Source: Candidatus Pelethousia gallinarum
GTDB taxonomy: Bacteria; Bacillota; Clostridia; Christensenellales; CAG-138
Assembly (NCBI GenBank): GCA_018711995.1
Contig: DVHO01000104.1
Span: 18,367-82,366, forward strand
Length of the DNA: 64,000 bases
Direction of reading: 5' to 3'
Every line of letters begins with the position of its first letter. Position 1 is the stretch's first letter. Shown here piece after piece: positions 27,037 through 36,192 of the stretch. Both the position numbers and the translations under genes were made by a program. Under the pieces are notes generated by a model. It made no database searches and was not told where the DNA came from. It saw only the letters and a program-made list of their open reading frames with translations.

Positions 27037-28176
27037 TTAACGCCTGCGGAAGCGGCGTAGCATAGGCAGCAAGCCGTCGATGGCCTCTGCCACTTGGTCC
27101 ATTTCCGCCAGGGTGTTCTCGTGGCTAAAGCTGAAGCGGATGGCTCCCTCCTGCCGTTCCCCGATGACCCCCATGGCGTTGAGGATCCGGTTCTTGCCCT
27201 TTTTATGGGCGCTGCAAGCAGAGCCTGTGGATACATAGATGCCCTTATCCTCTAAGGCGTGAAGCAGAACTTCGCCCCCTACCCCCAGGAAGGAAAGGTT
27301 CAGGATATGGGGCGCCGCCGCCTCTAGGGCGGGGCCGTTATAGACCACGTCCGGCAAGCGGGTAAGGGCCGCGTACAGCCGCTGCTTGCACTGGAGCATC
27401 TGCTGCCGGTACTGCATGGCGTTTTGCATGTAATCCAGGGCCGCCGTCTCCATGCCCAGGATGCCCGGGGTGTTGGAGGTACCGCTGCGCACGCCCTTTT
27501 CCTGGCCGCCGCCAAGCTGGCCGCCGGCAAACCGAATCCCTTTGCGCACATATAAGGCGCCCACCCCCTTGGGGGCGTGGAATTTATGGCCGCTGATGGA
27601 ATACAAATCGCAGTCCTTGGCGCTAAAGGGTACCTTCAGATACCCTTGCACACCATCCACGTGGAGCAAGGCGCCAGGGGCTTTGGCCCGCATAAGCCGG
27701 CGGATGGATGGGATGTCGTTGATGGCCCCCACCTCGTTGTTTACCTGCATGATGGACACCAACAGGGTATCCGGGGTCAGGAGCTTTTCCAGGCCGTTCA
27801 GGTCAATGCAGCCCTGCCCATCCACCCAGGCGATCTGCATATCATACTGCCGGGCTAGCTTTTGAAAGGGCTCGAATACGGAGGGATGCTCCGTTGCTCC
27901 TACGATGATCCTACCCCGGCCGCGAATGGGCTCCAAGGCGCCGAAGATAGCCATATTGTTGCTTTCCGTACCGCCGCTGGTAAAGTATAGCTCCTCCGCA
28001 CTGGCGCCGATGGCGCTTGCTAAGGTGGTACGGGCCGCATTCATGGCCCGTTCCATGGTAACGGCGGGCGAATAGGCTGCCGCCGGGTTAAAATATGTTT
28101 CTGTCATTGCCTCCATGGCCCGTTGGGCTGCCTGGGGCAGGGTACGGGTGGTGGCGCTATTATCTAAATATATCAT
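27037..28176 (-). CDS. Cysteine desulfurase (NifS/IscS family)
   Basis: 379 aa. MIYLDNSATT, ISGHKFHAPKGVGALY (PLP lysine) and STGSACS (catalytic Cys loop). Confidence 0.9.
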   Translation of the reverse strand: MIYLDNSATTRTLPQAAQRAMEAMTETYFNPAAAYSPAVTMERAMNAARTTLASAIGASAEELYFTSGGTESNNMAIFGALEPIRGRGRIIVGATEHPSVFEPFQKLARQYDMQIAWVDGQGCIDLNGLEKLLTPDTLLVSIMQVNNEVGAINDIPSIRRLMRAKAPGALLHVDGVQGYLKVPFSAKDCDLYSISGHKFHAPKGVGALYVRKGIRFAGGQLGGGQEKGVRSGTSNTPGILGMETAALDYMQNAMQYRQQMLQCKQRLYAALTRLPDVVYNGPALEAAAPHILNLSFLGVGGEVLLHALEDKGIYVSTGSACSAHKKGKNRILNAMGVIGERQEGAIRFSFSHENTLAEMDQVAEAIDGLLPMLRRFRRR

Positions 28177-28262
28177 ACGCTCATCTCCAAGTTTGAATTC
28201 GGGCGGCTAGGCTATCCCAGCACACACCCTATTCATATATATGTTATACCCGCCGACTGCGG

Positions 28263-29003
28263 TTACCCATCTTCCAGAAGCCGCTTAAGCATCCCATCCG
28301 AATCCAAAAGAAACCGCAACGTAAGCTGGTAATGTTCCGTATCCTTGTAAGCCACCTGGCGAATGCCGCTACCGTCCAGCTGGTATATCACGCCCCCGGA
28401 ATAGGACATGAGGATCGGGGAATGGGTGGCCATCAGCACCTGGGAACCCTGTTGTACAAGGTTATGTATGGCGCACAAAAGGACCATTTGCCTGGAAGGG
28501 GAAAGGGCTGCTTCCGGCTCGTCGAACAGATACAGGCCATGCCCCCGCAGCCGGTGCAGCACCAGGGACAAAAAGCTCTCCCCATGGGATTGCTGATGCA
28601 GGGACTTGCCTCCGTAGCTGTAGAGGAGCAGCCGTCCGTCGTCATCTGCCTCGTCGATGGCAGTAGCCATGTTATAGAAGCTCTCCGCCCGGAGAAAATA
28701 GCCATCCTGGGGCCTATAGGGCTCCCGCACCAGGCGAATGTGCCGGAATAGCCCGGAATGGGTATCCCTGGAGGAAAAACGCAGCCCCAAGGACCCGCCT
28801 TCCGGATTGAACCCTGCGGAAATGGCGATGGCCTCCAGCAGGGTGGATTTCCCCATGCCGTTTTCCCCTACGAAAAAGGTCACAGGCGCTTTGGAAAGAT
28901 CCAGGCCGCAGGCAAGCCCCTTTTGGACGGCGGGAATGGCCGCAAGATATTGATCAGGACCGGAAAAATCCCCATCCAGCAACTTCACCTGCCGAAGGAA
29001 CAA
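28263..29003 (-). CDS. Stand-alone AAA/ABC-like ATPase
   Basis: 246 aa. Walker A GENGMGKST, Q-loop/signature-like SHGES, Walker B LYLFDEPEAALS, H-loop ATHSP. TTG start with GGGAGG 8 nt upstream. Confidence 0.7.
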   Translation of the reverse strand: MFLRQVKLLDGDFSGPDQYLAAIPAVQKGLACGLDLSKAPVTFFVGENGMGKSTLLEAIAISAGFNPEGGSLGLRFSSRDTHSGLFRHIRLVREPYRPQDGYFLRAESFYNMATAIDEADDDGRLLLYSYGGKSLHQQSHGESFLSLVLHRLRGHGLYLFDEPEAALSPSRQMVLLCAIHNLVQQGSQVLMATHSPILMSYSGGVIYQLDGSGIRQVAYKDTEHYQLTLRFLLDSDGMLKRLLEDG

Positions 29004-29263
29004 ACGCCGCGCCTCCCTTCTCTACTTCCGATGCCATTTGACAGTATATCACGTTTCCCGCCGGCGGTACAAGGGCGGTTGCACAGCCTATGCAAATCGA
29101 AACCAATCGTTACGCTTTTTTTCACTTTTTTAACATAGAATAGTCTTGACAGGTGTGCTACAATCAACATGAAAGAAGCCATCTTGCGGGAAAGGGTTGC
29201 ATTGGGCGACCGGTTCATACGCCTACCCGCCAGGCTTTCTTTTCAAAAAAGGAGGGGATCCCT

Positions 29264-29731
29264 ATGCTTTGCGATTCATGCAAACAAAACGAAGCGGTGA
29301 TCCACCGCATCGTTGTCATAAATGGTAAAAAATCCGAGCTGCATCTGTGCGCCCAGTGCGCCAAGTCTTCCGGCGGTTTGACCTTTAAGCTGCCCACCTT
29401 CGCGGAATTGATGGACATTGCCGCCACGGAGCCGGCGGATCAGGATGAACCTGCCTGCGCCTGCGGTATGACCCTGTCCAAATTCCGGGAAACCGGGCTG
29501 TTGGGTTGTCCACAATGCTATCAGACCTTTCGCACCGCTTTAGCCCCCATTATTGAGGGCAGCCAGGGCGGACGCAGCCAACACATGGGCACCCGGCCAG
29601 CCTATGATGCGCCTGCCCAAAGCGAACTGGATAAGCTCCGGGAAGCTTTACGGGCGGCCATTGAAACCGAGGATTACGAACAGGCTGCCCAGCTGCGGGA
29701 TCAGATTCGGGATATGGAGGCGAAAGCATGA
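29264..29731 (+). CDS. mcsA: McsA (UvrB/UvrC-motif, zinc-finger activator of McsB)
   Basis: I place the start at MLCDSCKQNEAVIH (AAGGAGGGG SD), not at 29153. There are CxxC pairs and a C-terminal UVR motif (YEQAAQLRDQIRDME). Confidence 0.8.
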   Translation: MLCDSCKQNEAVIHRIVVINGKKSELHLCAQCAKSSGGLTFKLPTFAELMDIAATEPADQDEPACACGMTLSKFRETGLLGCPQCYQTFRTALAPIIEGSQGGRSQHMGTRPAYDAPAQSELDKLREALRAAIETEDYEQAAQLRDQIRDMEAKA

Positions 29732-30714
29732 CCAGCATCCCTCTTACGCATATTATCCTTAGTTGCCGGGTCCGCCTGGCCCGAAATTTCAAAGATCGTC
29801 CCTTTGTCAACAGCCAAAGCGACGAACAGGCCAATGCTGTTTTAGAGCAGGTTCGTCCTCTATTCCCGGTGGAGGAGGGGTATACCTTTTTGCCCATGGC
29901 GGAGCTTGCCCCCCTGGAGCGGGCCTCCCTGGTGGAAAACCACCTTTGTAGCACCGACCTGATCGCCTCCGCCCACGGCGCCCTGATCCTCAATGGAGCC
30001 CATACCTTGGCTGTGATGCTCAATGAGGAAGACCATCTGCGCATCCAAGGCATCCTGCCGGGGCTGGATCTGCCGGGCGCCTATGCTCTGTGCAGGCAAG
30101 CGGAGGAAACCATCGCCGCCTCTCTCCCCTATGCCTTTGACACCCAATACGGCTACCTTACCGCCTGTCCCACCAACCTGGGCACCGGTATGCGGGCTTC
30201 TGCCATGATCCATCTGGCGGGCCTGGCCTTGACCGGCCAGGCGGAACCCCTCCTTTCCCGGATCGGAAAGTTAGGAGTGGCGGTCCGGGGCTTTTACGGG
30301 GAAGGCAGCAGCGCCCCAGGGTATATTTACCAGATCTCCAACCAACATTCCCTGGGAATGCAGGAGCGGGAGCTCATGGAAGCCCTGACGGCGGTGATCA
30401 GTCAGCTGGCTGTCCAGGAAGCCCGGGCCAGGGCCTTGCTGCTAAATAAGCGGCCCTTGGAATTGGAAGACATGGTGGGTAGAGCCCTGGGCATTTGCCG
30501 ATACGCCCGCAAGATGGATCTTGCGGAGGCCATGCAGGAGCTTTCCGCCATCAAGCTGGGGGTCAGCCTGGGCCTGCTGCCCCTGCCCATGGAGGAGATC
30601 GATGGGCTGATCGTGGCGTGTCAAGGGGCCCAGCTTTCCTCCGTCCCCTTATCCGAGGATGAGGAATGCGCCGCCCGGGCGGATCGGCTCCGGGAGACCC
30701 TAAAAAACCTATAA
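29728..30714 (+). CDS. mcsB: Protein arginine kinase McsB (ATP:guanido phosphotransferase)
   Basis: 328 aa. SCRVRLARN, NEEDHLRIQ and CPTNLGTGMRAS are phosphagen-kinase motifs. ATGA overlap with mcsA. Confidence 0.85.
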   Translation: MTSIPLTHIILSCRVRLARNFKDRPFVNSQSDEQANAVLEQVRPLFPVEEGYTFLPMAELAPLERASLVENHLCSTDLIASAHGALILNGAHTLAVMLNEEDHLRIQGILPGLDLPGAYALCRQAEETIAASLPYAFDTQYGYLTACPTNLGTGMRASAMIHLAGLALTGQAEPLLSRIGKLGVAVRGFYGEGSSAPGYIYQISNQHSLGMQERELMEALTAVISQLAVQEARARALLLNKRPLELEDMVGRALGICRYARKMDLAEAMQELSAIKLGVSLGLLPLPMEEIDGLIVACQGAQLSSVPLSEDEECAARADRLRETLKNL

Positions 30715-30750
30715 AATAAATCAACCGACCATCAAATAGGAGTAAACCAT

Positions 30751-33174
30751 ATGGACTTTATCGAACGCTTTACAGAAGGCGCTAGGCGGGCCTTGGCTTT
30801 GGCCCAGGAAAGCGCCAAGGGCATGGGCCACAACTATGTGGGCAGCGAGCATCTGCTTCTCGGCCTGATCCGGGAGGGGGAAAGCGCCGCCGCCCGGGCC
30901 CTAGCCCAGCTTAACATAACGGAAAAAGACGTAGCCGCCCGGGCGGATGCCCTGGTGGGCCATGGGGACTATCATTTTACGGATAGCTTCGGCTATACCC
31001 CCCGTACCAAAAAGATCTTGGAGTTGAGCCTGTATGAGGCCAAGTCCCTGAAAAATAACTACATCGGCACCGAGCACATCCTGCTGGCCATCCTGCGGGA
31101 GCGGGACTGCGTGGCCGTGCGGATCCTAGACGACCTGGGCTGCGATTTCAGCCTGCTTAGGCAGATGCTTTCCGGCACCACCGCCCAGCCCAAGGGCGCG
31201 GGCCACGATGCCGGCGACCCGGACACCCCGGTGCTGAACCAATACGGCAAAGACCTGACCCGCCTGGCCCGGGAAGGGGAGCTGGACCCGGTGATTGGCC
31301 GGGAAAACGAGATCCAGCGGATCATCCAGATCCTGTCCCGCCGCACGAAAAACAACCCGGTGCTCATCGGCGACCCCGGCGTGGGCAAAAGCGCCATTAT
31401 CGAGGGCCTGGCCCAGCGGATCGCCAGCGGCAACATTCCGGAGCTGCTGAAGAACAAGCGGGTGGTCACCTTGGATCTTGGGGGAATGCTGGCGGGTACC
31501 AAATACCGGGGCGAATTTGAGGAGCGGATCAAAAACGCCATTGACGAGCTGAAAAAGAGCGGCCGCACCATCCTGTTCATTGACGAGCTGCACACCATCG
31601 TAGGCGCGGGGGCTTCGGAGGGAAGCATCGACGCCTCCAACATTCTCAAGCCCGCCCTAGCCCGGGGGGAGATCCAGGTGGTGGGGGCCACCACCCTGGA
31701 TGAATACCGGCGCTACATCGAAAAGGACGCGGCCTTGGAGCGCCGCTTCCAGCCGGTGACCGTCGGGGAGCCCAGCCGGGAGGAGGCGGTCCAGATCCTC
31801 TTTGGCCTGCGGGACCGGTATGAAGCCCACCATAAGGCCACCATCACCGACGAGGCTATCCGAGCCGCTGTGGAGCTTTCGGACCGGTATATTTCCGACC
31901 GATATCTGCCGGATAAGGCCATCGACCTGATGGACGAAGCCGCCAGCCGGGTTCGGTTGGCCACCTATATTTCCCCGCCGGATATGAAGGCCCTGGAGGA
32001 TAAGCTTAACGCACTGCTCCAGGAAAAGGAAGAGGCGGTCAACAACCAAAACTTTGAACGGGCAGCCGCCATCCGGGATGCAGAACATACCCTGCGCAAA
32101 CAGATGCAGGATAAAAAGGAAGAATGGGAACGGAGCCGGGAAAACAGCCAATGCACCGTAACGGAAAACGACATTGCGGAAGTGGTCAACGCCTGGACAG
32201 GCATTCCGGTAAAGCAGCTTACAGAGGACGAGAGCGAAAAGCTGCTGCACCTGGAGGAAGCCCTTCATAAGCGGGTAGTGGGCCAGGACGAAGCCATCAG
32301 CGCCGTATCCAGGGCCATCCGCCGGGCGCGGGCTGGTTTGAAGGACCCCAAGCGCCCCATCGGCAGCTATATCTTCCTGGGGCCCACCGGCGTGGGCAAA
32401 ACCGAGCTTTCCAAGGCCCTGGCGGAGGTCATGTTTGCGGATGAGGACGCCATGATCCGCCTGGATATGAGCGAATATATGGAGCCCCACAGCGTCAGCA
32501 AGCTGATGGGTTCCCCGCCGGGGTATGTGGGCTATGACGATGGCGGCCAATTGACCGAACGGGTCCGGCGCAAACCCTATTGCGTTATTTTGCTGGATGA
32601 GATCGAAAAGGCCCATCCGGATGTATTCAACACCTTGTTGCAGGTGCTGGAGGACGGCCGGCTTACGGATTCCAAAGGCCGGACGGTGGATTTTCGCAAT
32701 ACCATCATCATCATGACCTCCAACGTGGGGGCCAACCGGGTAGGCAAGGCCCGGGCCATCGGCTTTGGGGCGGAATCCCCCGCCCTCACCTATGAGCGGA
32801 TGCGGGAAGGAATGCTGGAGGAACTCAAACGCACCTTCCGGCCGGAATTCCTCAACCGGGTGGATGAGATCATCATCTTCCATCAGCTAGAGCAGGATCA
32901 AACCCTGCAAATCGTAAACATGATGCTCCGGGGCGTGGTGGAACGGCTGCGGGAGCGGGGCATCGACCTGACGGTTTCCCCAGAGGCGGCCGCCCACCTT
33001 GCCAGCGATGGCTTTGACCCAGTGTATGGGGCGCGGCCTTTGCGCCGGGCCATTCAACACCAGGTGGAAGATAGCCTAAGCGAAGAGGTACTTTCCGGCC
33101 GGATCCGTCTAGGCGACCGGGTGGAATGCTATTTGGACGACGGAAAATTGGCCTTCCGTAAGGTAAGCGAATAG
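30751..33174 (+). CDS. clpC: ATP-dependent Clp protease ATP-binding subunit ClpC
   Basis: 807 aa. Clp_N repeats, two AAA modules (GDPGVGKS, GPTGVGKT) and a UVR-like middle domain. Confidence 0.95.
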   Translation: MDFIERFTEGARRALALAQESAKGMGHNYVGSEHLLLGLIREGESAAARALAQLNITEKDVAARADALVGHGDYHFTDSFGYTPRTKKILELSLYEAKSLKNNYIGTEHILLAILRERDCVAVRILDDLGCDFSLLRQMLSGTTAQPKGAGHDAGDPDTPVLNQYGKDLTRLAREGELDPVIGRENEIQRIIQILSRRTKNNPVLIGDPGVGKSAIIEGLAQRIASGNIPELLKNKRVVTLDLGGMLAGTKYRGEFEERIKNAIDELKKSGRTILFIDELHTIVGAGASEGSIDASNILKPALARGEIQVVGATTLDEYRRYIEKDAALERRFQPVTVGEPSREEAVQILFGLRDRYEAHHKATITDEAIRAAVELSDRYISDRYLPDKAIDLMDEAASRVRLATYISPPDMKALEDKLNALLQEKEEAVNNQNFERAAAIRDAEHTLRKQMQDKKEEWERSRENSQCTVTENDIAEVVNAWTGIPVKQLTEDESEKLLHLEEALHKRVVGQDEAISAVSRAIRRARAGLKDPKRPIGSYIFLGPTGVGKTELSKALAEVMFADEDAMIRLDMSEYMEPHSVSKLMGSPPGYVGYDDGGQLTERVRRKPYCVILLDEIEKAHPDVFNTLLQVLEDGRLTDSKGRTVDFRNTIIIMTSNVGANRVGKARAIGFGAESPALTYERMREGMLEELKRTFRPEFLNRVDEIIIFHQLEQDQTLQIVNMMLRGVVERLRERGIDLTVSPEAAAHLASDGFDPVYGARPLRRAIQHQVEDSLSEEVLSGRIRLGDRVECYLDDGKLAFRKVSE

Positions 33175-33184
33175 AATATTCCCT

Positions 33185-33222
33185 ATCGGGCGTACCTATC
33201 TTGGTGCGCCCGATTTAATTTC
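33185..33222 (+). terminator. Intrinsic terminator candidate after clpC
   Basis: ATCGGGCG-14 nt loop-CGCCCGAT followed by TTAATTTC. Confidence 0.5.
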
Positions 33223-33314
33223 GCGGGCTTTTTGCCTCCCTGGTTTACCATTATTCACAAATTATTTATACCCATATCCACACAAAAAGGGCGAAACGTG
33301 TTACAATCTATAGC

Positions 33315-34283
33315 ATGGAACGAAGTACGCGAAAATGTATTGGCCTGCTGGCCTTCATATGGATTTTGATCCTGACCCAACCTGCCATGGCCCTGCCCCA
33401 AGGTGTTTTGGAGGTAGGCGATTATGGCAGCCAGGTGGCTGAATTACAGCAGGAGCTCTCCGACCTGGGATTCTACCAGGGGGAGATCAGCGGGACCTTT
33501 TCCACGGATACCCGAGATGCGCTGATCGCACTACAAAAGGTGCTGGGCGTGGAGGTGGATGGCGCCTATGGTCCGGAAACCGCCAGCGCCTATGTCGCCG
33601 CCTTGGCGGATGGCATCCTGGTCAAGCCCGCCGACCAAGAGGCTACCGCCCCCTTGGCTGGCAAAATTATCGGTATCGATCCTGGTCACCAAACCGATGA
33701 GGATACCGGCTTAGAACCTTTGCTGCCGGACAGCGAGCGTACCAAGCCCCGCATGACCAAAGGCGCCGTGGGGGTCAAGACAGGGGCGTCCGAATGCCAG
33801 ATCAACCTTGCCATTGGCCTAAAGCTCAAGTCCATGCTGGAAGCGGGCGGCGCATCCGTCGTCATGACCCGCACCACCAATGACGTAAATATTTCCAATA
33901 TCGAACGGGCTCAGCTCATGAATCAAAATCAAGTGGATTGTTGGGTGCGGCTTCATTGCGATGCTTCCTCCTCGGAACGTACCAGCGGCGCCCATGGGTT
34001 GATCCCCTCCCGGGCTTACAACGCAGATATTTATGCAGATAGCCTACGTCTTGCCAAGCAGGTGATGGCGGGGTTCTGTGACGCGACCGGCGCTACGGAT
34101 GGCGGTATCACCGCCCTAATGGATCAAACTGGGTTCAATTGGTCGGATTTCCCTGTTATCGCCATTGAAATGGGCTATCTATCCAATGCGGAAGACGATG
34201 TTCGCCTAGGGCTGGATTCCTATCAGATTGCTTGCGCTACCGGCATTTATAATGGCATCGTCTCCTACTTCCAGCAAGACTGA
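33315..34283 (+). CDS. N-acetylmuramoyl-L-alanine amidase (Amidase_3) with N-terminal PG_binding_1 domain
   Basis: Signal peptide ...LTQPAMA. VAELQQELSDLGFYQGEISGTF..T..AL..Q is the PG-binding domain. IGIDPGHQ...WVRLHCDA...IEMGYLSN are amidase_3 motifs. Confidence 0.85.
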   Translation: MERSTRKCIGLLAFIWILILTQPAMALPQGVLEVGDYGSQVAELQQELSDLGFYQGEISGTFSTDTRDALIALQKVLGVEVDGAYGPETASAYVAALADGILVKPADQEATAPLAGKIIGIDPGHQTDEDTGLEPLLPDSERTKPRMTKGAVGVKTGASECQINLAIGLKLKSMLEAGGASVVMTRTTNDVNISNIERAQLMNQNQVDCWVRLHCDASSSERTSGAHGLIPSRAYNADIYADSLRLAKQVMAGFCDATGATDGGITALMDQTGFNWSDFPVIAIEMGYLSNAEDDVRLGLDSYQIACATGIYNGIVSYFQQD

Positions 34284-34288
34284 GGTGG

Positions 34289-35092
34289 TTGTTTATGTTT
34301 CATAGCCTGACTCGGCCCCTTCTTTCGGCACTCCTGGCGGCGTGCCTGTTTTTTTGTGGCTGCTCCCTTTTCCAACCCGATCAGGCCCCTACGCCTACCC
34401 CCACAGCCTCCGTCTCGCCTGCGTCTCTCCCTTCGCCCTCTCCTACGCCCAGGATCGGCAACCCAGTATGGATCTTTTATCAAGATCTGTATGACGCCAT
34501 AGACGCCCCTTTGAACCAGCTCCATGAAGCTTTAGCCGCCACCCCTATCCAAGGGGCGGATGCGGCAGGCGATTCTGCCTGCCTAGATGGGGAATTGCTT
34601 CTTTCCGCCTTGGAGTCCCGCCTAACGGAAGGGATGATGACCTTGGGATTATTGCTCCGTTCGGATTCCAGCAGCGATACAGATCCCTATGCCAGCTATT
34701 CCTCTTCTGTGGAAGGGGCGTTCCAAGGGACTGGTTCCATCCAATATTCCGGCAGCACCGCTGCGCTGCGCTTTCAGCACACGGATGGGAAACAACTTTC
34801 CGGTACCCTTACTGCCTACCGGCTGCGTTATGGGGCCACCCTCCCCGATGCGCAAGCCCCCGTATACCAGATCCTAATTTTGCGCGCACCCCAGGGCTGG
34901 GTGATCCGGCTGGAGGAAAGCGATGGCCAAATTCTAACCCTTCGCTGGGATGGCGTTACCTTGGGGCTGTACGACATGACCGGCGCGCCTCTGGAAAGCA
35001 ATGACCAAGGGTTTCTCACCTTTCACAACGCTGTGGACGGCTATGCCCGCTGCTGGGAATGGGGTGATGGCGCCCTCCGCCTAGAGCCATAA
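34289..35092 (+). CDS. Lipoprotein of unknown function
   Basis: 267 aa. LLAACLFFCGC lipobox-like sequence, then a Pro/Thr/Ser-rich linker. No family recognised. Confidence 0.6.
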   Translation: MFMFHSLTRPLLSALLAACLFFCGCSLFQPDQAPTPTPTASVSPASLPSPSPTPRIGNPVWIFYQDLYDAIDAPLNQLHEALAATPIQGADAAGDSACLDGELLLSALESRLTEGMMTLGLLLRSDSSSDTDPYASYSSSVEGAFQGTGSIQYSGSTAALRFQHTDGKQLSGTLTAYRLRYGATLPDAQAPVYQILILRAPQGWVIRLEESDGQILTLRWDGVTLGLYDMTGAPLESNDQGFLTFHNAVDGYARCWEWGDGALRLEP

Positions 35093-35105
35093 ATCAACCG
35101 CTGCT

Positions 35106-35152
35106 AAAAAGGGAATGGGAAAGCTGGATTTGGCTTTCCCATTCCCTTTTTT
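35106..35152. terminator. Bidirectional intrinsic terminator
   Basis: AAAAAGGGAATGGGAAAGC-tggatttg-GCTTTCCCATTCCCTTTTTT between convergent genes. Confidence 0.8.
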
Positions 35153-35171
35153 ACGATGTGTATCGTCTGGT

Positions 35172-35996
35172 TTACAGTGCCAAGATCGCATCCACAGCCG
35201 GCTGAAGCTCCTTCGTGGATACCTGGTGGACGTTTCCCTTGTCGCAAGCGTCCGCAATGGACGGATCGATGGGCAGCCGGCCCAACAAGGGGATCCCATG
35301 CTTGGCCGCGATGTCCGCCACATGGCTTTCTCCGAATACATATAACTCCTTGCCGCAATCCGGGCATTTGGCGTAGCTCATATTCTCTACCACCCCCAGC
35401 ACCGGCACCTGCATCATGGAAGCCATATTCACCGCCTTTTCCACGATCATGGAAACCAGGCTTTGGGGAGTCGTAACCACAACGATGGCATCCACCGGCA
35501 GGCTCTGAAATACGGTCAAAGGCACATCCCCGGTTCCTGGAGGCATATCTACGAACATGTAATCTACTTCGCCCCAGATCACATCCGTCCAAAATTGCTT
35601 CACCACCCCGGCAATCACCGGGCCGCGCCAAATCACCGGCGCCGTATCCTCATCCAACAGCAGATTGATGCTCATAAGCCGCACGCCGCTTTGGCTTTGG
35701 GCGGGGAATAGCAGCCCTTCATCGTTTCCTAAGGCCGGTTCTTGGGCCCCAAACATGCGGGGAATGGATGGGCCTGTGATATCTGCGTCCAATATTGCGG
35801 TTTGCTTACCTGCCTGCTGCACGGCGCAAGCAAGAAGGCTAGTCACCAGGGACTTGCCTACGCCGCCTTTGCCGCTAACAACGCCGATTACCCGGTTTAC
35901 CCGGCTCATAGGATTTACCGGCTCCTTAGGTATAGGCGCCTGGCGAGAGGGGCAATCGCTGCCGCAAGAGCTGCAATCGTGGGTACATTCAGACAT
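35172..35996 (-). CDS. Mrp/NBP35 (ApbC) family Fe-S cluster carrier ATPase
   Basis: 274 aa. Cys-rich N-terminus, deviant Walker A VSGKGGVGKS, and a CPDCG motif. Confidence 0.85.
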   Translation of the reverse strand: MSECTHDCSSCGSDCPSRQAPIPKEPVNPMSRVNRVIGVVSGKGGVGKSLVTSLLACAVQQAGKQTAILDADITGPSIPRMFGAQEPALGNDEGLLFPAQSQSGVRLMSINLLLDEDTAPVIWRGPVIAGVVKQFWTDVIWGEVDYMFVDMPPGTGDVPLTVFQSLPVDAIVVVTTPQSLVSMIVEKAVNMASMMQVPVLGVVENMSYAKCPDCGKELYVFGESHVADIAAKHGIPLLGRLPIDPSIADACDKGNVHQVSTKELQPAVDAILAL

Positions 35997-36192
35997 GGGT
36001 TACTACCTCTCCTGTTGCCGTGATAAAAGGGCCATTGGCCCCTTGCCAATTATTATACCCCTATACTGGTCCCCCGTCAAAGGGCTTGCCACATTTTTTT
36101 CACCTTTCGGCCTAATGATGGCGCAATCCTGATGTTGTGATTTCAAATTTCCGTATTACACTATTCTCATCAAATGAAAGGAGCAATCCATC

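Noticed and set aside
29036-29150. GTCAAA and GTCAAG half-sites upstream of mcsA, considered as a CtsR operator
   Set aside because: They are single heptads ~105 nt apart, not the tandem direct repeat with 3-nt spacing required for CtsR binding.
29169-29300. A 43-codon ORF starting 4 nt after a TGcTACAAT element upstream of mcsA, considered as a possible leaderless uORF
   Set aside because: The spacing from the -10 element is too short for a start at the ATG. The peptide (MKEAILRERVALGDRF...) has no recognisable features and runs out of frame into mcsA. It is most likely coincidental.
31657-32883. A 408-aa antisense ORF inside clpC, with similar cases at 56750-57874 inside PBP1A, 22198-23127 inside the zinc-ribbon/SH3 gene and 3460-4302 inside patB
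   Set aside because: Same reasoning as above: these are shadows of well-supported genes on the opposite strand, with biased composition and no translation signals.
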